A stretch of 38,604 bases of DNA from an uncultured Draconibacterium sp. (GCA_964500765.1 CAZCPV010000001.1:1-38604), one strand, 5' to 3'; positions 1 through 8,950 are shown, counted from the stretch's first letter. Notes: generated by a model from the sequence alone, not told the origin. Made by a program: numbers and translations.

Positions 1-2659
1 ATTTTTCCCCGAAAGGGTTATTGATAATTTTTTTAACGTTAAGCGGGATATAAGTAATTAATTTTGAGGTGATAAAAAGCCAATAATGAAATAATTTTTT
101 CTTAAAAGATTTTTTGAAAGGCAGAATTATCAACAGTCCCCAAAGCAAAATGGTGAATACGGAACCGATGACGAAAATGAGAAAAACGAGCAAAGCAAAA
201 AATAAATCTTTTGCGGTAACCGGTGCACTTCGCATTTTTCCTTGTTGTTTTATAAGGAAATTAAACAAGACAGGTTGTAAAGTATAGGTTACAAAAACAA
301 CGGATAAAATTCCGATAACCGAAAGGAAAGCAATTGAACGCATCGCAGGATGTTTTGCAAAAATCAGAACACCGATTGCGGTAACGGTTGTAATTGCCGA
401 AAGCAAAACGGAAGTTTTGTAAGACGGTAAATTGTTGATACCGAAGCGGTATTTTTGCAGTAAGCCGCGTGACATAAAAATGGCATAATCAATGCCGAGA
501 CCGAAAATAAAAGTGGAAATGATGATATTAAAAATGGTAAATTTAAAATTGAACAACCACATAAAACTTAATGTCCATAACCAGCTGATTAACATTGGTA
601 TAAATGTGATAAGCGTGAGCTCAATACGACCGAAATAAAGCAGTAAGATAATAAAAACCGTAAACAGCGAAATTTTAACAAGTTTACTGAAATCTTTTTT
701 CAGAATAGTTACGATTTTATCGGTAATGTATTTCTTATCAACAATATAAATATTATTTCCGGCTTTAATTTTTTGGTAAACTTTCGGTTTGTCTTCTTGT
801 TTTAGTTTCAGGAGAGTAACAATGCTTGTTACATTTTTATCTTTTGTAATTAAATCATTTCCGAGGATTGAAATCAGTTTTTTTTGAGTTTCACTATTCA
901 GCGGTTTAAAGTTTTTTTGTAAAAGCGTATAAAATTCCGAAAAAGCAGTTTCTTTAAATCCGTAGTTTTGCCCGTATTTTATCAATTTTTGTTTTATTGA
1001 ATCCGTGTTTTTTTTCTTAAAAAAATTATTCCAATTTTGAATCCGTATTTTTTGTAAACTGTCTGATATAATAAAATAACTGACTGAACTGTAATTCTTT
1101 ACAATTCTTTTATTGTGAAGTTTCGCAATTTTATCATTTAAGCTGTCATTTATTTTCAGTGCATCGTTGAGTGTTTTTCCGGTAACGACAAAATACATTT
1201 TTCGCAAGGCATCGTTCGAAATTTTAGTAAGATTTTTTTCGGCTGTTTTCAGTTCGGGCGACATGTAATTCATTTTGTCCATATCGCTTTCAAATTTTGC
1301 TTTATGAAAAGTAAAAAAACTTAAAACAGTAATTATCATTAAGATACCGAGTGTATATTTGTTTTTATGAAACGAATATGCCGTAAATTTTTCAACAATA
1401 TTTTGCTTTTTTGCTTTTTTGTTTTTTTTATTTTTTAAAAAATGAGGTAAAACAATTAATGCAAACAAAGCGGCGGCAATAACGCTTATTCCGGCAAACA
1501 AACCCAAATCCCGTAAAGTTTCGGAACTTACAAACAGCAAACAAAAAAATGCGGCAGCCGTGGTGATACTGCTCATTAAAATGGGTATTGAAACGTCTTC
1601 AAAAATCTCGGATACCGTGTTTTTGCTTCTGAAATGCGTAAAAATATGAAGCGAATAATCGATTGATATTCCGACTAATACAGAGCCGATGCCAAGAGAT
1701 ATTGCGGAAATTTCGCCTTTAAGAAAATATAAAATTGCTATTGAAACGGCAGCACCGAAAGCCGCCGGAAGAAATATGATAAAGAAAATGTCCAAGCGTT
1801 TGTAAAAAAGAGACAGAAATAAAAACAGCAAAGCGATTGCAATACTTACGGTTAAAATAATGTCATTTTTTATGCGTTCGGCATTTCCGACAGAAATAAC
1901 CGGTGCTCCGAAAATTTCCGTTTTAATGTCGGGCATTTTTTTTCTTACATCGGATAAAGTTTTGTTTATACCGTCAATCAACAGCTTATTTTTACCTGTT
2001 TTGTCGTTAGAATATTTTGAGATTACAAAAAGAAGAAGATGTTTTTTATTTTTTGTAAATATGTGATTATCAAATATTTCATAATTATTATCGAGTTGCA
2101 GGTTTTGGAGTTTTTTCAGTACGAGCGGAGTAAAACTCAGCGGATCTTTTTTGATAAATTTTTTTGTAACCATACTTGCCGGCGAAGTTAAAGTACGAAA
2201 ATCGGCGGCAAGTGTCTTGTTTATTTCCGTATCTTGAAGCAGCGTATCAATTTTTTTGTAATCGTCTTTTGTCAGAAAAACGGGCAAATTCTTATAAAAA
2301 ATATTATATAATTCGCTTATCATTTGATTGTCGAAACTGTTTTGAATTTCTGCAATGTGTTCGGAATAGTTTTTTTGCAGAAAAAGTTCCGTACTGTCGG
2401 CAAATTTTTCTAATTGCTCGGGTTCAATTTCGGTTGTATCTTTCAACGACAGGTTGATGATTATTTTATCATTGATTTTTATATGCTTATTTGCGAAATT
2501 AAAACGGCGAAGTTCGTTATCGGCAGGTATCATTTTTGAAATATCTTCAACCGTACGGATTTTTAAAGCTGTATAAACAGCAATTCCGCTTATCGACAAT
2601 ACTAATATTGCAAGAACTAATTTTCTGTTTTTAAAGTAGTTGTATAATTTACTGAACAT
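1..2659 (-). CDS. MMPL/RND-superfamily exporter, truncated by the window edge (C-terminus off-window; possibly continues into an acyltransferase-like domain)
   Basis: Absent from the ORF track because it has no in-window stop. My reverse-complement translation from the ATG at 2659 stays open to position 1 (about 886 codons). It starts MFSKLYNYFKNRKLVLAILVLSISGIAVYTALK. Two multi-helix bundles (SLGIGSVLVGISIDYSLHIF and IISTFIFGLGIDYAIFMSRG) are each preceded by a soluble domain, which is MMPL topology. No minus-strand ORF of 60 aa or more is listed in 1..2660, consistent with one uninterrupted frame. Confidence 0.8.
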   Translation of the reverse strand, partial: MFSKLYNYFKNRKLVLAILVLSISGIAVYTALKIRTVEDISKMIPADNELRRFNFANKHIKINDKIIINLSLKDTTEIEPEQLEKFADSTELFLQKNYSEHIAEIQNSFDNQMISELYNIFYKNLPVFLTKDDYKKIDTLLQDTEINKTLAADFRTLTSPASMVTKKFIKKDPLSFTPLVLKKLQNLQLDNNYEIFDNHIFTKNKKHLLLFVISKYSNDKTGKNKLLIDGINKTLSDVRKKMPDIKTEIFGAPVISVGNAERIKNDIILTVSIAIALLFLFLSLFYKRLDIFFIIFLPAAFGAAVSIAILYFLKGEISAISLGIGSVLVGISIDYSLHIFTHFRSKNTVSEIFEDVSIPILMSSITTAAAFFCLLFVSSETLRDLGLFAGISVIAAALFALIVLPHFLKNKKNKKAKKQNIVEKFTAYSFHKNKYTLGILMIITVLSFFTFHKAKFESDMDKMNYMSPELKTAEKNLTKISNDALRKMYFVVTGKTLNDALKINDSLNDKIAKLHNKRIVKNYSSVSYFIISDSLQKIRIQNWNNFFKKKNTDSIKQKLIKYGQNYGFKETAFSEFYTLLQKNFKPLNSETQKKLISILGNDLITKDKNVTSIVTLLKLKQEDKPKVYQKIKAGNNIYIVDKKYITDKIVTILKKDFSKLVKISLFTVFIILLLYFGRIELTLITFIPMLISWLWTLSFMWLFNFKFTIFNIIISTFIFGLGIDYAIFMSRGLLQKYRFGINNLPSYKTSVLLSAITTVTAIGVLIFAKHPAMRSIAFLSVIGILSVVFVTYTLQPVLFNFLIKQQGKMRSAPVTAKDLFFALLVFLIFVIGSVFTILLWGLLIILPFKKSFKKKLFHYWLFITSKLITYIPLNVKKIINNPFGEK

Positions 2660-2728
2660 TATTTGCTGTATTAGTTCGCTTTTAAAATGAATATTTTTCC
2701 GGTTTACGGATTATACCGGATATATTCC

Positions 2729-4147
2729 TTAAAAACCTTCCGTATGAACAAGTTTAACTTTTACGTCAAAATTTTCTCTGATGTATCGGGCTGTTTTTTC
2801 GGCAAAGAAAACCGAACGATGTTGTCCGCCCGTGCATCCGAAATTAACGGCAATATTTTTAAAACTTCTTGATTGATAGTTCGATACGGCAGATGAAATA
2901 ATTTGTGTAATTGATTTGAAAAACGCATGTGTTTCCGGTAAATTTTCCAGAAAATCAACAACTTCTTTATCTTTTCCGCAAAGTTTTTTATATTTTTCTA
3001 TCCTGCCCGGATTATTAATAAAACGGCAATCAAATACAAAACCGCCGCCGTTGCCCGTTTTGTCTTCCGGTATTCCTTTTTTATATGAAAAACTGCTGAT
3101 TTTTACGGTTAATTTTTTATCCGAAATATTTTTCAGCTTATCGGAATTTGTAAGTGTTTTTAAAACTCTTCTCAATTCCGGTAATTCAACGGGAATATTT
3201 TCTTTTTTAAGAACGGAATTCAAATTTTTTAAGGCATACGGAATGCTTTCGAGAAAATGTTTTTTTCGTTCAAAAAAACCTCTGTATCCGTATGCACCCA
3301 TTGCCTGCATTATCCTTATAATAACAAAAGCATAATAGTGTTTGTCAAAATTTGAAATATCAATTCGGAATTTAGTTTTTAAATAATTCAGATAGTGTAT
3401 TTTTATTTCTTCCCGTATATTTTCCGGTATATTTGCCTTTGCATCATACAATAAAGATGCTAAATCATAGTGCATAGCACCTTTTCTTCCTCCTTGATAA
3501 TCAATGAAATATATCTTGTCTTTATGCAACATTATATTTCTGGATTGAAAATCGCGATAAAGAAAATAATTTCGTTCGGCAGTTAAAAGGTAATCGGAAA
3601 AAGCGGTAAAATCGTCTTCCAACAATTGTTCGTCAAAACCTATATCCGTAAATTTTAAGAAGTTATATTTAAAATAATTCAAATCCCACATTATGGATTG
3701 CCTGTCGAAAGCTTTTCGCGGATAACAACGTTCATAATTTACTTTATTGCTGACCTTAATTTGCAAATCGGCGAGTTTTTCGGTAATTTTTTTGTAAAGT
3801 TCAATCAATTTTTCCGGAAAATCGTTGCTTTTTCTTGTGTTTAAAAGTCGGTTAAATAATGTTTCGTCACCCAAATCTTCTTGAATATATATACCGTTTT
3901 TTAAATCTTCGGCATATATTTTCGGTACGTTTATTTTACTTTTTATAAATATTTCGGACAATTCCAGAAATGCTTCATTTTCTCTTTTGTCGGAATTATA
4001 TGCTCCGATTACCGAACGTTTATTACTCTTTATTCTGAAATATATTCTGGAAGAACCGGAAGGCGGTAATTGGTAAAAATCGGTAATTTCTTCATTAAAT
4101 ATTTCTTTGAAAAGGGTCTTAATATTTTTTGAAATTATATTTTGCAT
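2729..4147 (-). CDS. APH-fold (AmgK-like) kinase fused to a RapZ/YvcJ-type C-terminal domain
   Basis: 472-aa ORF with an ATG start. N-terminal part has LPPSGSSRIYFRI, YRDFQSRNIML (kinase catalytic loop) and FIDYQGG (metal-binding Asp). C-terminal part has FDCRFINNPG and GCTGGQHRSV, which match the RapZ C-terminal signature blocks as I remember them. Confidence 0.85.
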   Translation of the reverse strand: MQNIISKNIKTLFKEIFNEEITDFYQLPPSGSSRIYFRIKSNKRSVIGAYNSDKRENEAFLELSEIFIKSKINVPKIYAEDLKNGIYIQEDLGDETLFNRLLNTRKSNDFPEKLIELYKKITEKLADLQIKVSNKVNYERCYPRKAFDRQSIMWDLNYFKYNFLKFTDIGFDEQLLEDDFTAFSDYLLTAERNYFLYRDFQSRNIMLHKDKIYFIDYQGGRKGAMHYDLASLLYDAKANIPENIREEIKIHYLNYLKTKFRIDISNFDKHYYAFVIIRIMQAMGAYGYRGFFERKKHFLESIPYALKNLNSVLKKENIPVELPELRRVLKTLTNSDKLKNISDKKLTVKISSFSYKKGIPEDKTGNGGGFVFDCRFINNPGRIEKYKKLCGKDKEVVDFLENLPETHAFFKSITQIISSAVSNYQSRSFKNIAVNFGCTGGQHRSVFFAEKTARYIRENFDVKVKLVHTEGF

Positions 4148-4165
4148 ACGTATAATTTAAGATGC

Positions 4166-4173
4166 CAAAAATA
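4166..4173 (-). promoter_or_regulatory. Bacteroidota -7 promoter motif (TATTTTTG on minus strand) for the kinase-RapZ_C gene
   Basis: Exact TAnnTTTG match 18 nt upstream of the ATG at 4147, directly after the upstream terminator. Confidence 0.45.
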
Positions 4174-4200
4174 AAAAAAGAGAGGTAATTTACCTCTCTT
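4173..4200 (-). terminator. intrinsic terminator after the lipoprotein gene
   Basis: Perfect 8-bp stem AGAGAGGT (4179..4186) / ACCTCTCT (4192..4199) with a 5-nt loop. Read on the minus strand it is followed by a T-run (the A-run at 4173..4178). Confidence 0.7.
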
Positions 4201-4224
4201 TTAATTTTTTTATTTCCGGAATTA

Positions 4225-5181
4225 TTATTTTACGGGTACATTTTCCTGAACAATTACATCAAATAATATATAATCGGAAGCAGAGTCATAATAAACACCG
4301 TTACTGTTACCGTCAACTAATGAATTTACTTTTATTAAACCTAATTTACCGTTAGATAATTTAAAAGCAATAATTGAACCTTCTCCAAAAGCACCTGTAC
4401 CGTCAGTTATTTCACCGACATTTGTAACTGCCGAAGACATATCTATTGTAGTAATATTTTCATCGGTTGTAATGGAATCCCAATCTCCGAGATTGGTAAG
4501 TTCCGTACCTTCTAAAATTTTAAAAACAGTAGTATTATTTCCGGAAAGTGCATCTCCTCCGTGAGTAAAAGATGTTGAAACATTTGCAGAACAAAAATGA
4601 GGTGCATTTTGTTGGCTTTTTGTATAACGTCCGTTGTAATACATAACATCAATAGTTGCTTCATTTCCTTGAGCTGTTGCCCATGTATAGGTAGCATAAT
4701 CAGGTGTTAACGAAGCAAATCTGGGAGTTGTTCCCGTATGATCGGAAGGAGCGGGGTATAATTTTACGGCACTTGTAGTTTTAACAACCGGTTGTCCGTT
4801 TTGAACAGTAATTGTAACAGATCCTTTTCCTATTTTTTCTTGTTTATCAGTAACTTGAACTTCAAAAGTGAAAGTTTCGGTTACTTCACTTCCGGGAATT
4901 GTCATACTGAAATGCGTTGCAGTATCAGAATCAAAACCGCTTGTTATAACACTGCCGTATGAAACATTATCTTTAAAATAAACAATTTGTTTGATATCAC
5001 CGGGTGCGAGAATATCGCCGATTATAACAATATCAGAATTTGCCATTACGGTTTGATTTCCGTTATCGGCATCAAAAGTTACGGTCGGAGCAGCAAAGTC
5101 TGTTCCTTCCGGTTTACAGCTTGTCATAAAAGCAGCTGCAAAAGCAAAAATTGCAATAATTAATACATTGATTTTTTTCAT
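4225..5181 (-). CDS. lipoprotein of unknown function
   Basis: The ORF-track start at 5190 is TTG; the ATG at 5181 gives MKKINVLIIAIFAFAAAFMTSC, a signal peptide plus lipobox Cys. The body is Thr/Ser/Gly/Asn-rich and looks beta-rich. I recognise no family. A TAnnTTTG motif lies upstream and a strong terminator downstream. Confidence 0.75.
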   Translation of the reverse strand: MKKINVLIIAIFAFAAAFMTSCKPEGTDFAAPTVTFDADNGNQTVMANSDIVIIGDILAPGDIKQIVYFKDNVSYGSVITSGFDSDTATHFSMTIPGSEVTETFTFEVQVTDKQEKIGKGSVTITVQNGQPVVKTTSAVKLYPAPSDHTGTTPRFASLTPDYATYTWATAQGNEATIDVMYYNGRYTKSQQNAPHFCSANVSTSFTHGGDALSGNNTTVFKILEGTELTNLGDWDSITTDENITTIDMSSAVTNVGEITDGTGAFGEGSIIAFKLSNGKLGLIKVNSLVDGNSNGVYYDSASDYILFDVIVQENVPVK

Positions 5182-5254
5182 AATATTCAAAATTTAGTTA
5201 ATAAAAAAATAAAATTTTCAATTTCATAAACGCATAACTGTACGTTCGATTGTG

Positions 5255-5262
5255 CAAAGATA
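5255..5262 (-). promoter_or_regulatory. -7 promoter motif (TATCTTTG on minus strand) for the lipoprotein gene
   Basis: Exact TAnnTTTG match 73 nt upstream of the ATG at 5181. Confidence 0.4.
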
Positions 5263-5477
5263 TAATAAAAATGTTAATAAATCTTAAATTTTAAGGCAGT
5301 TTCTTTCTGTTTGTTCTTTAATTTGTTTTATACCAGCATTATATAAAATATCGTTAACTTAAATTGTTTTACATAACATCGGCAAAATTTTGTTTATTTA
5401 AAATAAATTAGTATAAGATGCAACATTTTTTGAAAATAATTCGTATATTACAACACATTATAATAAGAAAAAAATTT

Positions 5478-6341
5478 ATGAGACAATTAAAAATAAGTAA
5501 ATCCATAACAAACAGAGACAGCGAATCGCTTGATAAATATTTGCAGGATATAGGCAGAGTTGATTTATTAACGGTTGAAGAAGAAGTATCCTTAGCACAA
5601 AGAATAAAAAAAGGAGACCAAGAAGCACTGGAAAAATTGACGGAAGCGAATTTGCGATTTGTCGTTTCGGTTGCAAAACAATATCAACATCAGGGTTTAA
5701 GTTTGCCGGATTTAATTAATGAAGGAAATTTGGGCTTGATGAAAGCGGCGAAAAAATTTGATGAAACCAGAGGTTTTAAGTTTATTTCTTACGCTGTATG
5801 GTGGATTCGTCAATCCATTTTACAAGCACTCGCCGAACAATCAAGAATTGTGCGTTTACCTCTGAATCAGGTAGGTGCAGTAAATAAAATTTATCGTTAT
5901 TTTGCCGAATTTCAACAAATATATAACAGAGAACCCACTAATCTTGAAATATCCGAAGAGCTTGATATAAGTACTAAAAAAATTGCTCAAGTATTGAAAG
6001 CAGCCGGAAAACATATGTCGATGGATGCTCCTTTAACATCGGATTCCGACAGTAACAGTTTGGTCGATATTATGGAAAATGAAGGTATTGACCCTTCGGA
6101 TAATATGCTTATGAAAGAATCTTTACTGAAAGAAATCGAACGTGCATTGTCCACTTTGCCCGAACGGGAAGCAATTATTATAAAACATTTTTTCGGTGTA
6201 AACGGCGAAGAATTATCATTAAGAGAAATCGGCGAAAAATTAGGTTTAACAAGAGAACGTGTTCGACAACTGAAAGAACGTGCATTAAGAAAATTACGAA
6301 AATCTTCGAGAAGTAAACACCTGAAAACTTTTTTGGGATAA
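5478..6341 (+). CDS. rpoD: primary RNA polymerase sigma factor (short Bacteroidota sigma-A)
   Basis: From the ATG at 5478 the protein starts [27 protein letters not shown], the typical N-terminus of Bacteroidota RpoD. Region 2 ([50 protein letters not shown]) and region 4 ([25 protein letters not shown]) are present. The ORF-track start at 5418 adds 20 unconserved residues. Confidence 0.93.
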   Translation: MRQLKISKSITNRDSESLDKYLQDIGRVDLLTVEEEVSLAQRIKKGDQEALEKLTEANLRFVVSVAKQYQHQGLSLPDLINEGNLGLMKAAKKFDETRGFKFISYAVWWIRQSILQALAEQSRIVRLPLNQVGAVNKIYRYFAEFQQIYNREPTNLEISEELDISTKKIAQVLKAAGKHMSMDAPLTSDSDSNSLVDIMENEGIDPSDNMLMKESLLKEIERALSTLPEREAIIIKHFFGVNGEELSLREIGEKLGLTRERVRQLKERALRKLRKSSRSKHLKTFLG

Positions 6342-6361
6342 AACCGATGAATAATTACGTG

Positions 6362-6811
6362 CTAACGAATTCTGTCCGCAGCTTTTACCAATAGTTCATC
6401 TCTGCGAACGGCTCTTCGTGCCATTAATATCAGAATAAATATTATCAAAGGTAAAACGGCTGACAGTCCGATGGTTATTCCGGGATTTTTTGCTTCGTTA
6501 AAGGAAAAAACAACGATAAGGATAACCAGAAAAATATCCAACAAACTTATAACCGTGCAAAATCGCATTTGCAATATTCTTCTTTTGTATAAAAAAATTG
6601 CAATAAAACTGAAAAAAGCAATTAATCCGAGCAGTCCGGCAATAATATATCCGGTTTGAATTAATCCGCCGATACCGGCAAAACTGATTGTTTCAAAAGA
6701 ATATACCATTAACGAATTATCGCCGTTTAATTCAATAATCGGAAAAAAATACATTAAAACAGCAAGTATTGTTGCCAAAAATAACCATAATGTCTGTATT
6801 CTTTGTATCAT
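6362..6811 (-). CDS. small polytopic membrane protein (DUF4293-like)
   Basis: The internal ATG at 6811 gives MIQRIQTLWLFLATILAVLMYFFP followed by 4-5 hydrophobic helices. A TAATTTTG promoter motif at 6830..6837 lies inside the longer ORF-track version (start 6883), which favours the shorter form. Confidence 0.7.
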   Translation of the reverse strand: MIQRIQTLWLFLATILAVLMYFFPIIELNGDNSLMVYSFETISFAGIGGLIQTGYIIAGLLGLIAFFSFIAIFLYKRRILQMRFCTVISLLDIFLVILIVVFSFNEAKNPGITIGLSAVLPLIIFILILMARRAVRRDELLVKAADRIR

Positions 6812-6829
6812 ATCTTTTCTCTTTTTTTG

Positions 6830-6837
6830 CAAAATTA
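6830..6837 (-). promoter_or_regulatory. -7 promoter motif (TAATTTTG on minus strand) for the DUF4293-like gene
   Basis: Exact TAnnTTTG match 18 nt upstream of the ATG at 6811. Confidence 0.45.
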
Positions 6838-6911
6838 TAAAAATTGTTGTCAAACATAAATTTTGAGCCGGAATTTTATTCAAAAATTAAATTTATTAAT
6901 AAAGATAATCA

Positions 6912-6919
6912 TACTTTTG
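6912..6919 (+). promoter_or_regulatory. -7 promoter motif (TACTTTTG) for pta
   Basis: Exact TAnnTTTG match 25 nt upstream of the ATG at 6945. Confidence 0.5.
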
Positions 6920-6944
6920 CAAAATATTCTAAAATATTAAAAAC

Positions 6945-7946
6945 ATGGAACTGTTAAATAAAATAAAACAAAATGCAATTTCCTTGAAAAAAAGAATTGT
7001 ATTACCGGAAAGCTTTGACGAAAGAACATTAAAAGCTGCCGATGCCGCTTATACCGAAAAACTTGCCGAAATTATTCTTATCGGAAATAAAGAAAAAGTT
7101 CTGGCCGATGCCGAACGTTTGGGCTTAAAAAATATTAAAAATATTCACATAACGGATTATGCTTCTTCCGAAAATACCGAAAAATATGCCGACTTGATGG
7201 TAGAATTACGAAAACATAAAGGCATGTTTAAAGAAAAAGCGTTAGAACTTTTACAAAATCCGTTGTATTTTTCCGTTATGATGATAAAAGCCGGCGATGC
7301 CGACGGTGAAGTTGCCGGTGCCGCCAATGCTACGGGAAATGTTTTACTTCCTGCTTTTCAGTATATTAAAACGGCTCCCGGTATCAGTGTGGTTTCCGGT
7401 GCCTTTTTAATGTTTCTGAAAAATCACCAATTCGGTGAAGACGGTTTAATGCTTTTTGCCGATTGTGCCGTACATCCCGACCCAAATGCCGAACAACTTG
7501 CACAAATTGCCGTATCAACCGGGAAAACCGCAAGAGTTATTGCCGGAATAGAACCGAAAATTGCCATGTTAAGTTTTTCAACAAAAGGCAGTGCATCGCA
7601 CGAAACGGTCGAAAAGGTACAAAAAGCAACGGAAATTGCACAAAAATCGGCACCGGATATGCAAATTGACGGAGAATTACAAGCCGATGCCGCAATTATT
7701 GAATCAATAGGAAAGAAAAAAGCTCCGGAAAGTAAAATTGCGGGACATGCAAATGTACTTGTGTTTCCGGATTTGCAATCGGGAAATATTTCTTATAAAT
7801 TAGTTCAACGAATGGCAGGGGCAGAAGCCATAGGTCCTATTTTGCAAGGCATGGCGGCACCGATAAACGATTTATCCAGAGGATGTTCCGTAAGCGATAT
7901 TGTGAATTTAATCGCCATTACAGCCAATCAGGCATCAATGAAATAA
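6945..7946 (+). CDS. pta: phosphate acetyltransferase
   Basis: 333-aa short-form Pta. Motifs seen: RIVLPESFDERTLKAA, FADCAVHPDPNAEQLAQIA, LVFPDLQSGNISYKLVQR, PINDLSRGCSVSDIVN. Confidence 0.93.
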   Translation: MELLNKIKQNAISLKKRIVLPESFDERTLKAADAAYTEKLAEIILIGNKEKVLADAERLGLKNIKNIHITDYASSENTEKYADLMVELRKHKGMFKEKALELLQNPLYFSVMMIKAGDADGEVAGAANATGNVLLPAFQYIKTAPGISVVSGAFLMFLKNHQFGEDGLMLFADCAVHPDPNAEQLAQIAVSTGKTARVIAGIEPKIAMLSFSTKGSASHETVEKVQKATEIAQKSAPDMQIDGELQADAAIIESIGKKKAPESKIAGHANVLVFPDLQSGNISYKLVQRMAGAEAIGPILQGMAAPINDLSRGCSVSDIVNLIAITANQASMK

Positions 7947-7966
7947 TAAAATTTAATAAAAAAAAT

Positions 7967-8950
7967 ATGTCAGAAATAATAACAGAACCGATTGAAAATT
8001 ATGCCTTAAATAAAAAATTAAGGCATCGAATGAAATTTTCGCAAGTCGGAATTGTCGGTTGCGGTTCTAAAGGACAACTTATAACTTTAATGATTGCAAG
8101 TCGGGGAATTGAGGTTGTTTTTTTAGAACTTTCTCAAGAATTAATAGACCAAGCATTTGAAGAATTGGAAGAACAGCTCAATGAAAAAATTAATCATTGG
8201 GGCTTAACGGAAAATGAAAAAAAATTGATTCTTTCTCGAATAAAAGGAACTCTGGATTATGCCGATTTTGCGGAATGTGATATCGTAATTGAGGCAATTT
8301 TATCGAAAACGCGTGAATTCAGTAAAGATATCAGGCAGGGGGTATTTAAAAATATTGAAGATCACGTAAAACCGGATACCATTATTGCTACCAATTCAAC
8401 ATCTTCCGTAATAACGGAACTTGCCGCCGATTTAAAATATCGTGACCGATGTGTAAGTTTGCATTTTTCCACTACGGCACCCGATGCACAAATCGTAGAA
8501 ATTGTAAGAGGATTATATACAAACGAAAAAGTTTGTGAAAATGTAAGAAAATTTGCAAAATTAATTAATAAAATACCGGTACCCGTTGAAGAATCTCCGG
8601 GTTTAATAAGTGTTCGTCTCGGTGTCAGTTTAATAAGCGAAGCATGCGATTTGTTGATGGAAGGTGTCGGCTCAAAAGAAAATATTGATTTCGTAATGAA
8701 AAAAGGATTGGGAATGTCTCTCGGTCCGTTTGAAATGGCGGATAAAATCGGACTTGAACGAGTGGTCAGATGGATGGATAATTTATATAATGAATTCGGC
8801 GACAGAAAATATAAACCGTCACCGATTATTAAAAAATTGGTAAGAGCTAAACATTACGGCAGAAAAACTTGTAACGGATTTTATAAATATGATGAATTGG
8901 GCTATAAACTCAAAGATCAAAATCAGGAAGTTCAATGTCCGAATGATTAG
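7967..8950 (+). CDS. 3-hydroxyacyl-CoA dehydrogenase family protein, divergent
   Basis: The ATG at 7967 avoids the 64-nt overlap with pta that the ORF-track start (7883) creates. Rossmann GIVGCGSKG, ATNSTSS, LHFSTTAP, EESPGLISVRL and a C-terminal KYKPSPIIKKLVRAKHYGRKTCNGFY all match the HADH/Hbd family layout. Confidence 0.85.
   Translation: MSEIITEPIENYALNKKLRHRMKFSQVGIVGCGSKGQLITLMIASRGIEVVFLELSQELIDQAFEELEEQLNEKINHWGLTENEKKLILSRIKGTLDYADFAECDIVIEAILSKTREFSKDIRQGVFKNIEDHVKPDTIIATNSTSSVITELAADLKYRDRCVSLHFSTTAPDAQIVEIVRGLYTNEKVCENVRKFAKLINKIPVPVEESPGLISVRLGVSLISEACDLLMEGVGSKENIDFVMKKGLGMSLGPFEMADKIGLERVVRWMDNLYNEFGDRKYKPSPIIKKLVRAKHYGRKTCNGFYKYDELGYKLKDQNQEVQCPND

Noticed and set aside
1401-1446. 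Runs of T and A (T6-T8) inside the MMPL gene, considered as possible slipped-strand phase-variation tracts
   Set aside because: In frame they simply encode a Lys/Asn-rich cytoplasmic loop (KNKKNKKAKKQN). The frame is intact and there is no sign of an alternative-frame product.
1860-2457. Plus-strand ORFs of 68 and 93 aa from the track (1860..2066, 2176..2457)
   Set aside because: They lie antisense inside the long uninterrupted minus-strand MMPL frame. Their translations are low-complexity Phe/Leu/Ile-rich strings, as expected from reading AT-rich coding DNA backwards.
2698-2720. Hairpin TCCGG-N13-CCGGA between the kinase-RapZ_C gene and the MMPL gene, considered as a terminator
   Set aside because: On the transcribed (minus) strand it is followed by an A-run, not a U-tract, and the stem is only 5 bp. 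The two genes are more likely co-transcribed.
2916-3335. 139-aa plus-strand ORF, plus 2687..2872 and 2761..2961
   Set aside because: They are antisense or out of frame within the well-supported kinase-RapZ_C gene, and I see no recognisable motifs.
5418-5477. N-terminal extensions given by the ORF track (rpoD 5418, DUF4293 6883, HADH-like 7883, OmpA 11743, 12645, lipoprotein 5190, tatA 31312, CPBP 36799)
   Set aside because: Several use TTG. The extensions lack family conservation, overlap upstream genes, terminators or promoter motifs, or bury a signal peptide. Internal ATG starts give canonical N-termini.
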